64,000 bases of DNA from Camelus dromedarius. Its lineage: Eukaryota. Each line of letters begins with the position of its first letter. Positions within the stretch are counted from its first letter, which is position 1. A program made the position numbers and the translations under genes. The notes under the pieces were generated by a model. It made no database searches. It was not told the origin of the DNA and saw only the letters and a program-made list of their open reading frames with translations. This document shows, in pieces, positions 1-12,790 of the stretch. Location: positions 32,614,001 through 32,678,000 of the forward strand of contig NC_087447.1 of the NCBI RefSeq assembly GCF_036321535.1, written 5' to 3'.

Positions 1-469
1 AGAATAATGCTGCCTATATGATTCCTTCAGAGAGCTTCTTTTTCGAAGAGATAATGTGAACAAAATGAGACCTCTCTTACAGGGTAAAAGGACTAAGGAC
101 CACACAATGAATAGCAAAGAGGAGTATGGTGGAAGATTACAGGGTGTCCTGCTTCAGGAAACTAACTTTAGTGTAAACTTTTAAGGAGATACAATCAATA
201 GTGGAGAGAGGAAGTAACAAGAGACGACTTGGGCAATGAGCTGAGTTTTCACTGCCAGGCTATAACATTAGTTTGCAGAAGACTGTCCTTTGATTTTAAG
301 AGTCTGCTTGGATAACCACTTAGATGTCTAATCGCCATTTCATACTGAGCATGCCCCAAATTTAACTCTTGATTTACTCTACCTTCAAAGTGGCTTCTCC
401 CCTGAATTTTATTTGAATAAACAGCACTGTGGCTATGGCTCAATACCCAAGAGTTGCCTTGCTTTACTT

Positions 470-698
470 ATTTTTCTCATACTAGACTTCCAATTCATTA
501 AGTCTTGTAGTTTTTATCTTTAAAATATGCTGTGAACCAGACCACTATCTACCACTTCACTATGTAGCAAATCTAACACATTAATCAGATTTACCATCTT
601 CTCTCATTTAGATTATTATAATTCCCAAATCTCCTTCTTGTTCCTACACTTGCCTCCTAGAGTCAATTCCCTAACCGACAATTAAGGTAATTTTTTAA
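470..698 (+). mobile_element. LINE-2 (L2) 3' fragment, left part; interrupted by the L1 at ~699-6662
   Basis: Degenerate L2-like text (ccaattcattaagtcttgtag...ccatcttctctcatttagattattataattccc...). It resumes after the L1 at 6663 with 'aaagtgatcttttaaaatg'. Confidence 0.55.
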
Positions 699-3271
699 GT
701 TGAAGTATAGTTAATGTCTAATGTTCTGTTAGTTTCAGGTGTATAACACAGTGATTCAACATTTAAATACATTATGAAATCACTGCAGTCTAGTAATACA
801 TCTGTCCCCTTAGAAATTTATTACAGTATTATTGAACATATTTCTTATGCTCTATATTACATCTTTGTGGCTTACTTATTTTTTCACTAGAATTTTGTGC
901 CTCTTAATTCCCTTCACCTATTTTGCCAATTCCCCTACCCTCCTCCACTCTGGCAACCACAAGTTTGTTCTCTGTATCTGTGAGTTTGTTTTCATTTTGT
1001 TTTGCATGTTTGTTTGGTTTGTTTTTTAGATAAAAACATTCACATAAAAGTGAGATCATAGATATTTGTCTTTCTCTGTATGACTTATTTCTCTTACCAT
1101 AATATGCTTCAGATCCATCCATTTTATCTCAAATGGTAAGATTTCATCCTTTTTTATGGCTAAGTAATATTCCATTGTCCATATACCATATCTTGCTTAT
1201 CCATTCATCTGTTGATGGACACTTAGGATGCTTCTATATCTTGACTATTGTAAATAATGTTGCAATAAAAATAGGGCTGCATATATCCTTACAAATTAGA
1301 GTTTTGTTTTCTTTGGGTGAATACCTAGAAGTGAAATTGCTAGATCATATGGTAATTCTAGTTTTTAATTATTTGAGGAATCTCCATACTGTTTTCCATG
1401 GTAGCTGCACCAATTTACAATTCAATCAACAGTGCATAAAAATTCCCTTTTCTCCACACTCTCACCAACATTTGATGTTTCTTGTCTTTTGGATGATAGC
1501 CATTTTGACAGGTGTGAGATGATATCTAATTGTGGTTTTGATTTGCATTTTCCTAGTAATTAGTGATGTTGAGCATCTTTTATGTGTTTTTTGGCCATTG
1601 CATGTCTTCTTTGGAAAAATGTCTATTCAAGTCCTCTGCCCATTTTTTAAATAGATGATTTGTTTATATAATATTGAGTTATATGAATTCTTTCTACATT
1701 TTGTATAGTAAACTCTTATCAGAGATGTCATTTGCATATCTTATCCCATTAGTAGGTGGCCTATTCATTTTGTTGATGGTTTCCTTTGCTGTGCCAAGGC
1801 TTTTCAGTTTGATATAGTCTCATTTGTTTATTTTTGCTTTTGTTTCCCTTGCCTGTGGACACAAATGCAAAAACATATTGCTAAGACCAATGTCAAAGAA
1901 CACACTGCCTATGTTTTCTTCTAGAATTTTTATCATTTCAGGTCTTACATTTAATTTTTAATCCATTTTGAATTTATGTTTGTACATGGTGTGAGAAAGT
2001 GGTCCAGATTCATTTTTTTGCTTGAGGCTGCCCAGTTTTCCTAACATCATTATAGAGGCTGTCTTTTCCCCATTGTTTATTCTTGCCTTCTTTGTTGTAC
2101 ATTAATTGACTGTATAAGCATAGATTTATTTCCAGTCTCTTAATTCTGTTCTATTGATAAATGTGTCTGTTTTTGTGTCAGTACCAAAATGTTTTGATTA
2201 CTGTAGCTTTGCTGTATAGTTTGAAATCAGGGAGCATGATACCTCCAGTTTTGTTCTTTTTCATGGCTGCTTTGACTATTTGGGATCTTTTGTGGTTCTA
2301 TACACATTTTAGGATTATTTGTTCAGGTTCTGTGAATATGCCATTGGTATTTTGAAAAGGATTACATTGAACCTGTGGATTGCCTTGGGTAGTATAGGCA
2401 TTTTAATAACATTAATTCTTCCAAATGATGAGCACAATATATCTTTCCATTTGTTTGTGTCATCTTCACTTTCTTTCATCAGTGTATTGTAGTTTTCAGA
2501 GTAAAGTTCTTTTACATCCTCAGCTAAATGTTTTTCAACATATTTTATTTTTTGATTTTATTTTTTGATTTTGATGCAATTGTAAAGAGGATTGTTTTTT
2601 TAACTTCTCTTTCTGATAGTTATTAGTATATAGAAACACTACAGAATTCTGTATATTAATTTTATATCCTGAAAATTTACTGAATTTATTTATTACTTTA
2701 ATAGCTTTTTTTTGATGGAGTCTTTAGTGTTTTCTATATGTAGTATCATGCCATCTGCAAACAATGACAGTTTCACTTCTATCTTTCCATTTTGGATTTT
2801 TAAAAATTATCTTCCTTGTCTGATTGCTATGGCTCAGACTTCAAATACTGTGTCAAATAAAAGTGCAACAATGAGCATCCTTGTGTTGATCTTGATCTTA
2901 GAGAAAATACATTCAGCTTTACACTGTTAAGTATGATGTTGGCTGTGGTTCAGCATATATGGCCTTTATTATGTTAAGGTATATTCCCTCTATACCTACT
3001 TTGTTGATAGTTTTTTTATCATAAACAGATGTTGAATTTTGTCAAAAGCATTTTCTGCATCTATTGAAATGATCATATGACTTTCATCCTTCACTTTGTT
3101 AATGTGATACATCATATTGATTTGAGGATTTTGAAACATCCTTGCATCCCTGAAATAAATCGCACTTAATCATAGTGAATGATCTTCTTAATGTGTTGTT
3201 GAATTTTGTTTGCTAAAAGTCTGTTGATGATTTTTGTGTTTATCTTTATCAAGGATATCAGCCTATAATTT

Positions 3272-3289
3272 TGTGTGTGTGTGTGTGTG
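3272..3289. repeat. (GT)n microsatellite within L1
   Basis: Direct reading. Confidence 0.9.
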
Positions 3290-3362
3290 GTGTCTTTGCT
3301 GGTTTTGTAATCAGGGTGATGCTGACCTTGTAGAATGAATTTGAAAGCGTTCCTTCCAGTTG

Positions 3363-3461
3363 TTTTTTTTTTTTTTTGTAATGATTTTTTTTTTTGTAAT
3401 GATTTTTTTTTTTTTGTAATGATGAGAAGATTTTTTTTTTTTTTGTAATGACTTGAGAAGA
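3363..3461. repeat. Tandem array of four (T11-15)GTAATGA units
   Basis: T15-GTAATGA, T11-GTAATGA, T13-GTAATGA-TGAGAAGA, T14-GTAATGA-CTTGAGAAGA. Confidence 0.9.
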
Positions 3462-4862
3462 ATAGATATTAACTCTTTAAATATTGAGTAGAATTCACCT
3501 GTGATGCTTTCTGGTCATGGACTTTTGTTTGTTGGGAGTATTATTATTATTACTGATTCAGTTTAATTGCTGGTAGTTGATTTGTTCATATTTATATTTA
3601 TTGCTGACTCAGTTTGAGAGAGTATACATTTCTAGGCATTCATCTGTTTCTTCTAGTTCATCCAATTTGTTGGTGTAGAATTATTTGTAGTAATCTCATG
3701 CTCCTTTATCTCTCTGATGTCAGTTGTAATTTCTCCTTTTTCATTTCTTTATTTAATTATGCCTCTTTTTTTCTTGGTGATTCTGGCTAAAAGCTTATCC
3801 ATATTGTTTATCTTTTTAAAGAATTAGTTCTAAATTTTATTTATCTTTTCTTCTGTTGTGTTTTCAGTTTCTACTCATTTATTTTCACTATGATCTTTAT
3901 TATTTCCTTACTTCTACTAACTTTGAGTTTTGTTTGTTGTTTTCTTTCTAGTTCCTATAGGTGTAACGTTAGATCATTTATTTGAGGTTTTGCTTGTTTT
4001 GTGATGTATCTCTGTAAATTTTCCTCCTAGGATTGCTTTTGCTGTGTTGCGTAGATTTTAGAACATTGTATTGATATTTTCATTTGTTTCCAGCTTTTTA
4101 AAAAATTTTTCTCTTTGATTTCTTAAGTGACCCATTGGTTATTTAGTAGCATGTTATTTAGCCTCCATGTGTTTGTGGGGTTTTGCTTTGTTTTTCTTGT
4201 AGTTAATTTCTAGTGTCATAGCCTTGTGATCAGAAAAAAATGCTTAATATGATTTCAGTCTACTTAAATTTACTGAGACCTGTGGCCTAGCATGTGATCT
4301 AGCATGGAGAATGTTTCATATGCATTTGAAAATACTGCATACTCATTTTGGAGAATAATGTTCTGTATTTATTTTTTAAGTTCCTCTGGTCTAATATGTC
4401 ATTTGGGGTAGCTGTTTCCTTATTGATTTTCTGTCTGGATGATCTGTTCAGTGATATAAGTGGAATTTAAAGTCACCTACTACTATTGTATTACTGTCAG
4501 TTTCTCCCTTTATGTCTGTTAATATTTGCTTTATGTATTTAGGTGCTACTGTGTTGGGTGCATATATATTTATAAGCAATATAACTTCTTTTTGGAGTAA
4601 TCCCTTTATCATTATGCATTGCCTTTCTTTGTTTCTTATTACAGTTTTTGTTTTAAATTCTACTTTGTCTGATGTAAGTATTGCTCTTTCAGCTATCTTT
4701 TTGTTTTCATGTACATGGAATATCTTTTTCTATTCCTTCTTTTCAGTTTATGTGTGTCTTCAGATCTGGACTGAGTCTCATTTAAGTGCCATATAGAGGG
4801 TCTTCTTTTTTAATTCATTCAGCCCCTCTGTGTCTTTGTTTGGAGTATTTATTCCATGTAAA

Positions 4863-4863
<1 letters not shown>

Positions 4864-4921
<58 letters not shown>
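4864..4921. repeat. (TTA)~19 microsatellite inside the L1 ORF2 5' end
   Basis: Direct reading; produces the poly-N/poly-L ORFs in the track. Confidence 0.95.
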
Positions 4922-5628
4922 CATTTAAAGTTATTATTGATAGGTATGTGCTTATCACCATTTTGTAATTACTTTTTGGTTGCTTTTGTATTTCTTCTCT
5001 GTTCCTTTCTTCTTTTGTTCTCATTCCTTGTGACTTGATAATTATCTTTACTGTTAGGTTTAGATTCCTTTCTCTTTAATTTTTGTGTGTCAGTGATAGA
5101 TTTTTGGTTTGTGGATACCATGAGGTGTGTATATAACAACATAGATTTATATCTATTTCTTATATAGAATACATATGATTTTTTTCAGTAGATGGTATCT
5201 TAAGCTCAAACACATTCTAATAGTCTTACATTTTTACTCCCTTCCCCACCATGTTTTATGTTTTTGATGTCATATTTTACATTTTTTTTTATTTTGGGTA
5301 TCCCTAAAATGCTTCATGTAGATATAGATTATTTTGCTACTTTTACATTTTAACCTTTCTACTAGCTTTATAAGTGATTGATCTACTATGTTTATTATGT
5401 GTTTGCCTTTAATAGTGAGTTTTTTCCTTTCATAAATTTCTTACTTCTAGTTGTAACCTTTTCTTTTCTGCTTAGAGAAATCCTTTTAACATTTCCTGGA
5501 AGGCCAGTTCAGTTGTGATGAGCTCCTTTACCTGTTGCTTGTCTGTAAAATTCTCTATCTCTCCTTTAATTCTGAATGATAATCTTGCTGATTATTACAG
5601 ATTTCTTTCCTTTCTGCACTTTGACATG

Positions 5629-5880
5629 CTACACCTTTCTGGCCTGCAAAATTTCTGCTGAAAAGTCAACTGATATTCTTATGGGAGTTCCCTTATATGT
5701 AACTATTTGCTTTTCTCTTGCTGCCTTTAAGATTTTTTCTTTATCTTTAATTTTGGCCATTTTAATTATAATGTGTCTTGGTGAGGACTTCTTCGGGTTC
5801 ATCCTTTTTGGGACTCTGTGTGCTTTTTGGACCTCAATATCTATTTTCTTCCCCAAGTTAGAGAAGTTTTCAGCTATCAT
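5629..5880 (-). pseudogene. L1 ORF1p fragment (RRM/CTD region)
   Basis: ENFSNL...EVQKAHRVP...[25 protein letters not shown]...[22 protein letters not shown] are canonical ORF1p motifs. Confidence 0.92.
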
Positions 5881-5971
5881 TTCTTCAAATAAGTTATCTG
5901 CATCTTTCTCTTTCTTCTCCTTCTAGGACCTCTTATAATGTGAATGTACCAAGATGTCTCTTAAACTATCT

Positions 5972-6322
5972 TCATATTTTAAAGTTGTTTTTTTTTTTTT
6001 TCTGTTCATCTTGGGTGATTTTCACTAGTCTGTGTTCCAGGTTGTAGATACATTCTTCCGAATCATCTAATCTGCTATTGATTCCTAGTGGTGTATTTTT
6101 CATTTGAGTTATTGTATCCTTCAGATCTGATTGATTCTTTTTTGTATTTTCTAATTCTTTGTTGAAATTCTCACTGTGTTCATCCATTCTTCTCCCAAGA
6201 TTAGTGAGCATCTTTATGACCATTACCTTAAACACTTTATAAAGTAAATTGTTTATCTCTGTTTTGTTGAGTTCTTTTTCAGAGGTTTTGTCTTGATCCT
6301 TTGTTTGGAACATATTTAACAC
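5972..6322 (-). pseudogene. L1 ORF1p fragment (N-terminal/coiled-coil region)
   Basis: FKVMVIKML...ENFNKELENTKKNQSDLKDTITQMKNT..GINSRLDDSEECIYNLE resembles the L1 ORF1p coiled coil. Confidence 0.9.
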
Positions 6323-6662
6323 TTTCTTTATTTTGCCTAATTCTCTGTGTTTAATTTTATGTATTATGTAGGTCTGTTATGTCTCCTCATCTTGGAAAAG
6401 TGGACTTATGTAGAAAATGTCCTTTGGGGCCTAGCAGCACACTCTCCTCTGGCCACCAAAGCTAGATGCTCCAGGAATATGCTATGTGGGCTTATATGCC
6501 CTTCTTTTGTGGTGGAATCAGCTACTGTGTACACACTGGTAGGTGGGGCTGGCTGCTCTTGGCCCAGTAGTGGGTAAGGATGGTTCCCCACATGGCTGCT
6601 TCAGGTATACTGGTGGGTGATGACAGCTCCCTATGCAGCTGACTGTGCTGGCTGCTCACAGC

Positions 6663-6960
6663 TTAAAGTGATCTTTTAAAATGTATATATAATCATATCA
6701 TTCTCTTGATCAGAACCACAATATTACAGGATGATTAGAAAACTATTCATATCTCTTAGAGGGTACTGTATCACCTAGCTCTTTCTCACCTCTATAAACT
6801 ATCCATCAATGTGCTCTCCCCTCATTCACTCTGTTTCAGAAATACCAGCTTTCTTGATATTCCCTAAATTCTGAAGCTCATTCCTAGACCAGGATCTTCC
6901 CTTTGTCTGGAAGATTCTCTTCTTCCTTTTATTTATTCAAATATCTACCTTCTCTTAATA
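6663..6960 (+). mobile_element. LINE-2 3' fragment, right part
   Basis: gtgatcttttaaaatg...cattcactctgtttcag...accagctttcttgatattccctaaa...ctggaagattctcttc is typical L2 text. Confidence 0.6.
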
Positions 6961-7932
6961 AGAGAGTATATGTTAGGCAGTACAGTAATAATAATGTGAA
7001 AACCTTCCACTTCTCGCTAAGATGGAATAGCAGGGGCTAGATTTACCCTTCTTCTTGAAATAATCTAAAAATGGACTAAATATGTGAAAAATTGGCTCTC
7101 AAGTTACTGGGCATCAGTTAACAAAGGATAGTGGTCACTGAGATATAGGAAACAAACAAGTAAAACCCTATGATTCCCATAGGTCAATGTCTGGAGATAG
7201 TTTACAGACTGCAGGGCAGAGAAGGGGAACTTAAGCAGAGTCCAGTGTACACAGTGAACTAAGAAGATGAACCTAGGAGTCTATGGAAGCCAAGATGATA
7301 AGAGTTTATAGGACACAGTGCTGGAGAAGAGAGAATTCCAGAGGTCTCTGTGGAATCCTCCTCAAGTGTTCAGTTAAGCAGTGATCAACACATGTGTAAA
7401 GAAATTACTCAAGGTCAGAGAGCAAATCATCTGAATAGACTAGGAGAACAACATCCAGGTCTCATCCAAGGTGAGGCTAGAGGATGTTTCCAATAGTCAG
7501 AGTAGAAAACTTCATAATTCAATGAATATTGGACTACTAAGAAGAGTCTCCAGCCCTAGCAGTGGAAGAAATTAACCATGATCTAAATGCTGGTCTGATC
7601 CCTCCTAACAAATCTTGAAAGCAAAACTCAGAAAGATCAAAACATTTTTAAGCAACTAAACCACATACCAGAAGAAAGTTTAAGAATATTTTGGAGTGTC
7701 AAAATATTCAGCATCCAGACAGATAAAGCTCTTAATATTTTGCATACAAAATTTATAGGCACACAAAGAGGAAGGCAGTTATGGCCCATAATAATAAGAA
7801 ATGTAAGTGGAAATGGATCCAGTAATAATGCAGCTAGAGTTAGTAGTCAACAATATTAAAACAGACAACTATATCACATACGTCCTGAGGCTAGGAAAAA
7901 AACTGAACATGACATGTTCAAAGACAAAGAGG

Positions 7933-8442
7933 TGCCGACTGAAAAAAGTGCACAACCTAAAATTTAAGAATTATGTTTTATTCAGCAGACATTTCTGAGG
8001 ACCTAATCCCAGCATATAGCCTCTCAGATAGCTCTGAGAGACTGTTATGAAGAGGCAGGGGAGGAGCCAGGATATATAGGAGTTTTTGCAACAAAGACCA
8101 GGTAGTCGAAACATCAAAAGATTACTGTTAATTAAAGAAAATCAGGTATCTCAAGTTAAGGAATTTAGTACTTTTCTATGCATGGGAAGATGCAAAATTC
8201 TGGGCTATTGAAATCATTCCTTTGATATGCACCATAGCTATAAGACTTCTCACCTGAGTCTCCTCAGAGGGCACCATTGTAGGTGACAGAAGAGGCTAAG
8301 GACTTACCGGAGGCAGCCTGCTTGTCTCCATCCTGAGTTCTCTCCTGCTCACCGTTGGGGGTGGCCATGGTCGTGGCTGATGACTTGATGGTCACAGTAT
8401 CCTTTGTTTACTTATATGGCAGGCAATATTTTTTCATTAACA
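7933..8442 (-). mobile_element. Solo ERV1 LTR, MER41-like (laurasiatherian/artiodactyl type), 510 bp
   Basis: TG...CA termini; 4-bp TSD GAGG (7929-7932) / GAGA (8443-8446); minus-strand TATA (~8072) and AATAAA (~7980); sequence resembles MER41-like LTRs of artiodactyls. Confidence 0.75.
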
Positions 8443-9503
8443 GAGATAATAATAGAACTAATCAGACTTGTAGAAATGAAAAGTACAATATCCGAGATAA
8501 GTATATTGGATTGGATTAATGGCAGGTTAGACAGTGAAGAAGAAAACTCAGTGTATTTGGAAGACTTAGCAAAGGAACTTTCCAAAACAAAATGCACAGA
8601 GAAAGAAAAATGAATGAAAAAAAGAGGATTAGTAAGTTGTGGGACAACTTAAAGCAGCCTAACATACCTTTGATTAAAGGTATATTATATTCTCTGAAGC
8701 ATCTATTATATACTCTGAAGCAGAAGGGGGAATATTAAATATATATATGTATATATATGACTGAAGGCATGATGATTGAAAATTTTTCAATTTTGAAGAA
8801 AGCTGTAAATTTGTAGATCCAAAAAACTCACTGAACGCTAAATGGCAAGAAACATGAAGCTAACTATATCAGGGTACATCATGATTATATTTCATACAAC
8901 TAAAGTTGAAGATAAAATCTGAAAAGCAGCCACAGAAAAAAGAAATATTATATGTTAAAAAAAAAAAAAAGATAAGGAACATGGCAAAACTTTTAATTGG
9001 AAACAATGCAAGTGAGGAACCAGTTGACCAACTTATTTAAATCAAGAGCAAGAGAAGAAAGTCTGCTCTCAACATTTCTATTTAGCATGCAATGGATAGT
9101 CTAGCCAGCATAGTTAGGTAAGAAAAAAAATAAATAAACAACAGAAATTTGAATACGAAGGAAAAAGTAAAACTGTTTTTATTTGCAGATGACCTGATCA
9201 TCTTCAGAGAAAATGTGACAATCTGCAAAAGAGCTACTAGTAAAAATAGATGAGTTTTAGTAAGGTTGCAGGACACAAGGTAGTTACGTAAAAATAAAAA
9301 TTTGTATTTCTATATACTAGCAAAGAACATTTATAAATTGAAATTTTTAAATGTTATATAATATGTATTTATAACAATTTCGTTCTGATAACTTATAATA
9401 GCACCAAGAATGTGAAATACTTAGGATAAACCTAACAAAGGATGGGCAGGACCTGTATACTGAAAACTGCAAAAATTGGAGGAAATAAATTACTTAAAGA
9501 ATG

Positions 9504-9824
9504 CAGGCATACCTCAGAGATATTGTAAATTCAGTTCCAGACCCCCACAATAAAGCCAATTTTGCAATAAAGTGAGTCACATGAATTTTTGGTTTTCCCA
9601 GTGCATTTAAAAGTAGTGTGTATACTCTGCTCTAGTCTGTTAAGTATGCAATAGCATTATGTTCAAAAAGACAATATGCATACTTTAATTTAAAAATACT
9701 TTATTGGTAAAAATGTCAACCATCATCTGGCAATGCAGGGTTGCCACAAACCTTGAATTTAAAAAAAAAATTCAGTATTTATGGAGCACAATAAAGTGAA
9801 GCACAATAAAATGAGGTATGCCTA
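9504..9824 (-). mobile_element. Tigger1-derived non-autonomous DNA transposon (MITE), ~320 bp
   Basis: TIRs CAGGCATACCTC / GAGGTATGCCTA; TA on the right flank and TG (mutated TA) on the left; subterminal 'gcacaataaagtgaagcacaataaaa' matches the Tigger1 end. Confidence 0.9.
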
Positions 9825-10789
9825 TAGATACACGTTGATCATAGGTAGGAAGACACAATATTTTTAAGATGCCAATTTTCTCCTAATTGGTCTATTGATT
9901 CAAAAGCAATATGAATGAAAATCTGAACAGGTTCTTTTGTAGAAATTGACAAGCTGATTCTAAAGTTCATATGGAAGTGGAAAGGATATAGAATAAACAG
10001 AACAACTTTGAAAGAGAAGAACATAAAGGACTTACACTATCAGATTTTAAAACTTTCTAAAAAGTTGCAGTAATCAAGGTAATATGATACTGGCGTTAAG
10101 ATATGTTGATTAATGGAACAGAACAGAGCCCAGAAACAGACTTGTACATATATGGTAAATTGGGTCTTGGCAAAGTTGCAAAGGGCATTCAGCGGAAAAA
10201 GATAATGTTTTCAACAAATGGCACTAAAAATTTTGGATACCCATATGCAAAAATATGACCTTCAATTTCTTACACCATATGAAAAAGACTAATCGTAATC
10301 CTAAAACTAATACTTCTAAAAGAAAACATGGAAGAAAATCTTTGGGATTTTAGGTGAGGCAAATTTTTCTTAGATATGACACCAGAAGCATGATATATAA
10401 AATACATAAAATAACAATTTCATAAATTTAACTCTAAAAATTAACTTCCACACTTTCAAAAACAGTCTTAAGAAAATGAAAATTTAAGCCACAATTTGGG
10501 AGAAAATATTTGCAAATTGAATATCTGAATATGTATCCAGAGTGTATAAAAAATTCTCAAAAGTCAATAATACAAAAACCATTAAAGTGGACAAAATTCT
10601 GCACGATGCTTCATCAAAGAAGCTATATGGATGAGCACATATAAAGACAGTAATCATTATTAATAATTAAGTAAATATAAGTTAAAACTACAATGAAACA
10701 TTGCTATACATTTGTTAGAATGAGTAGAATGAAAGGCTGACCATACTGAGCATGGGCTAGCGCGTAGAGCATGAAGAGTTATGTGAGGT

Positions 10790-10935
10790 AACCTATTGCG
10801 TCTTTCATTTCACATTCAAATATTTCATTGCTAGAATATGGAAACACAGTTGATTTTTATATATTGATCTTGTATCCTACAACTTTGCTAAGTTTGCTTA
10901 TTGTTTCTAGCAATTGCTTTGTAGAATCCATAACA
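10790..10935 (-). mobile_element. Short L1 ORF2 fragment, inverted relative to the adjacent L1
   Basis: gatttttatatattgatcttgtatcctacaactttgctaag is antisense L1 ORF2 text. Confidence 0.7.
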
Positions 10936-11089
10936 TCTATATTCATCTGCTACTGTTGAAGGGATTTTGAGGCTTTATCTAGGCTTATCTGTAAAAAGTG
11001 GTACGCTTGATGAGTGACATCTGATAGAGAAACGTACGTAGCAGTGGTGGCAAACAGATCCCTATTTTTAGTACTGATTTACTCTAATT

Positions 11090-11185
11090 CCTCCTTTATA
11101 TAAATAAGAAAATTAAGCCTCAGAGAAGTTAAGTGATGTGCCCAAGTGTGGTAGAATTAAACCAAAGCCTCTGCATTCTTACTCC
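11090..11185 (-). mobile_element. MIR SINE fragment
   Basis: MIR core 'aagaaaattaagcctcagagaagttaagtgatgtgcccaag'. Confidence 0.75.
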
Positions 11186-12589
11186 ATTTAAATCGTTTCT
11201 TTTCTTTTTTCAATGTTTCCTACTGTCTTCTCATCAAAGCTGAGCTGAAATCCCATTTCCTTCCGGAATCATTCAAACCTCATCTTCCCAAATAGAATTC
11301 CTTTCTCCTTTCCTTATGGATAAATGGCCCTTAGATCATATCTGTAGCATGACATGTATCTCAGAATCTTTTTTTTCTAATTACTGCAAGGCAACCTCTT
11401 AGATGGTGATTTACAAGCTACGTTGTCACTGATTCCTAAACTTAAAGTGATATTCCTCATAGAGATATATAAATGGTTTTTAAAAAACAGAGATAAAAGG
11501 GTTTTAATCACACACTACCTTATAATGTATTCCTTATAATGCATTCATTTTCATGTCTTATCTCCGTGTTCTTTATAATTCCCACTCCTTTGCACTAATT
11601 GAAATGCTTTAATACAGTCGGAGCTCACTGAATATAAAAGTATTATTAAATCTTCAGGCTTTATAAATGCTTTGTAAACCAAAGTATTGGACCTCTAATG
11701 TGAGAAAACTCACACTGAAGAAGGCTAGTAAGACATATTTTTAGGCAGATGAATTCCCCAAAACACTAAATGTGAGACTGTGCAGACAGCCATCTGTTCC
11801 ACCTATTCACAAATCTTTCTGCCTTATATATTCCTTTTAATTGTATGCTACAAGGTAGAATTTTCATGACTTATTGCATATTTATGTAATAACAATAATA
11901 ATAATTACACTTAATGGAGATTATGTAGTAATAGTAATAATAATTATAATAATAAAATAACAAGAATAATAAAGTATCTATTTAAAGTTAAATTTAAAGT
12001 AAGGGAATCATGCACATTAAACATAAGTCTAGTAAAACTGTTTATATCTCTGGCCTATGTGATCAATCCTATGGAATTTTACAGAAGAACTTTTTAATAT
12101 AAACCAAAATGAATGCAATCAGCCATTTGAAATCAGCATTGACTCAGCATTGAGAACATATAGGTGTACACAAAAGAGATTCTGCTTTATCATGTGAATA
12201 AAAAGAATTTCCAAAACTGACTAAAAGCCACATTTTGTTTTGCAAGACCACGTATGTGTGTGGAAATAGAATATCCACTGGGACAAATGACAAAAATATA
12301 CTCCCAGGGTTTTTCTGAGTAAAAGTGAATGCTGAGCTAGTTTTTGTTGGAGGATATCTGTGCATTTATCCTTACGAAGGCCAGGAGCTTACCTTTGTCA
12401 TTGCCTGCACAATATCCTCAGAGAAGATGGAGCTGAAGAGTGCCAGTGAAAGGAGTTATAAGACATATAGATCATCATTTTATCAGCATTAGCCACCTTC
12501 TTCTCTCTCCACTAAACTCCGCTTATACAGTTCTCCCACATGAAACAAATGAAAATCAATTTCTCTGAGCTTTCTTTGATAGAAAGAAA

Positions 12590-12790
12590 ATGGGCCTTGT
12601 TAATTATGAATCTGGGATCAATTCTTGGGGCTCAGATACTTAAAATCTACAGCCCGGGCAAATTACTTAACCTCTACTTTCCTTATTCACAAAATGTGGA
12701 TGATAACATCTGTTTTGCATATATTGTGAGATTAATAATGATACAAGTAAAAATCTTTAAAATTGGTGATTATAAATAATAATAGTAGTG
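12590..12790 (+). mobile_element. MIR SINE
   Basis: gggcaaattacttaacctct...tttccttattcacaaaatgtggatgataac...ttgtgagatta. Confidence 0.7.

Larger units (their letters stand above)
1040..4961 (-). pseudogene. L1 ORF2 (endonuclease/reverse transcriptase) remnant, many stops and frameshifts
   Basis: The N-terminus matches the L1 EN start (M-x-ISTYLSIITLN...RHRGAE, ORF 4815..5024). The rest is recognisable L1 ORF2 nucleotide text with no long ORF. Confidence 0.85.
699..6662 (-). mobile_element. Near-full-length (~6 kb) decayed LINE-1: 3'UTR, ORF2, ORF1 and a 5'UTR remnant
   Basis: Continuous L1 homology on the minus strand. ORF2 start MVISTYLSIITLN near 4961; ORF1p fragments in the ORF track; GC-richer 5' remnant at 6400-6660; degenerate TSD 682-698 vs 6663-6679 (14/17). 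Confidence 0.95.
7003..10780 (+). mobile_element. Ancient L1 (L1M-type): 5' end, ORF1 remnant and partial ORF2; internally deleted; hosts an LTR and a Tigger MITE
   Basis: L1M 5'-end-like start (cttccacttctcgctaagatgg). ORF1-like text at 8450-9040. ORF2 RT text includes 'tttatttgcagatgacctgatc' (FADD motif) near 9180. Confidence 0.8.

Noticed and set aside
1133..1522. 129-aa plus-strand ORF
   Set aside because: Antisense frame of the L1 ORF2 3' end; a common artefact.
3363..3461. Repeat-spacer-like array (CRISPR-like)
   Set aside because: The repeat is 7 bp and the 'spacers' are poly-T; mammalian L1 context with no cas genes.
4786..5024. Poly-Leu and poly-Asn ORFs
   Set aside because: Produced by the (TTA)n microsatellite inside L1 ORF2.
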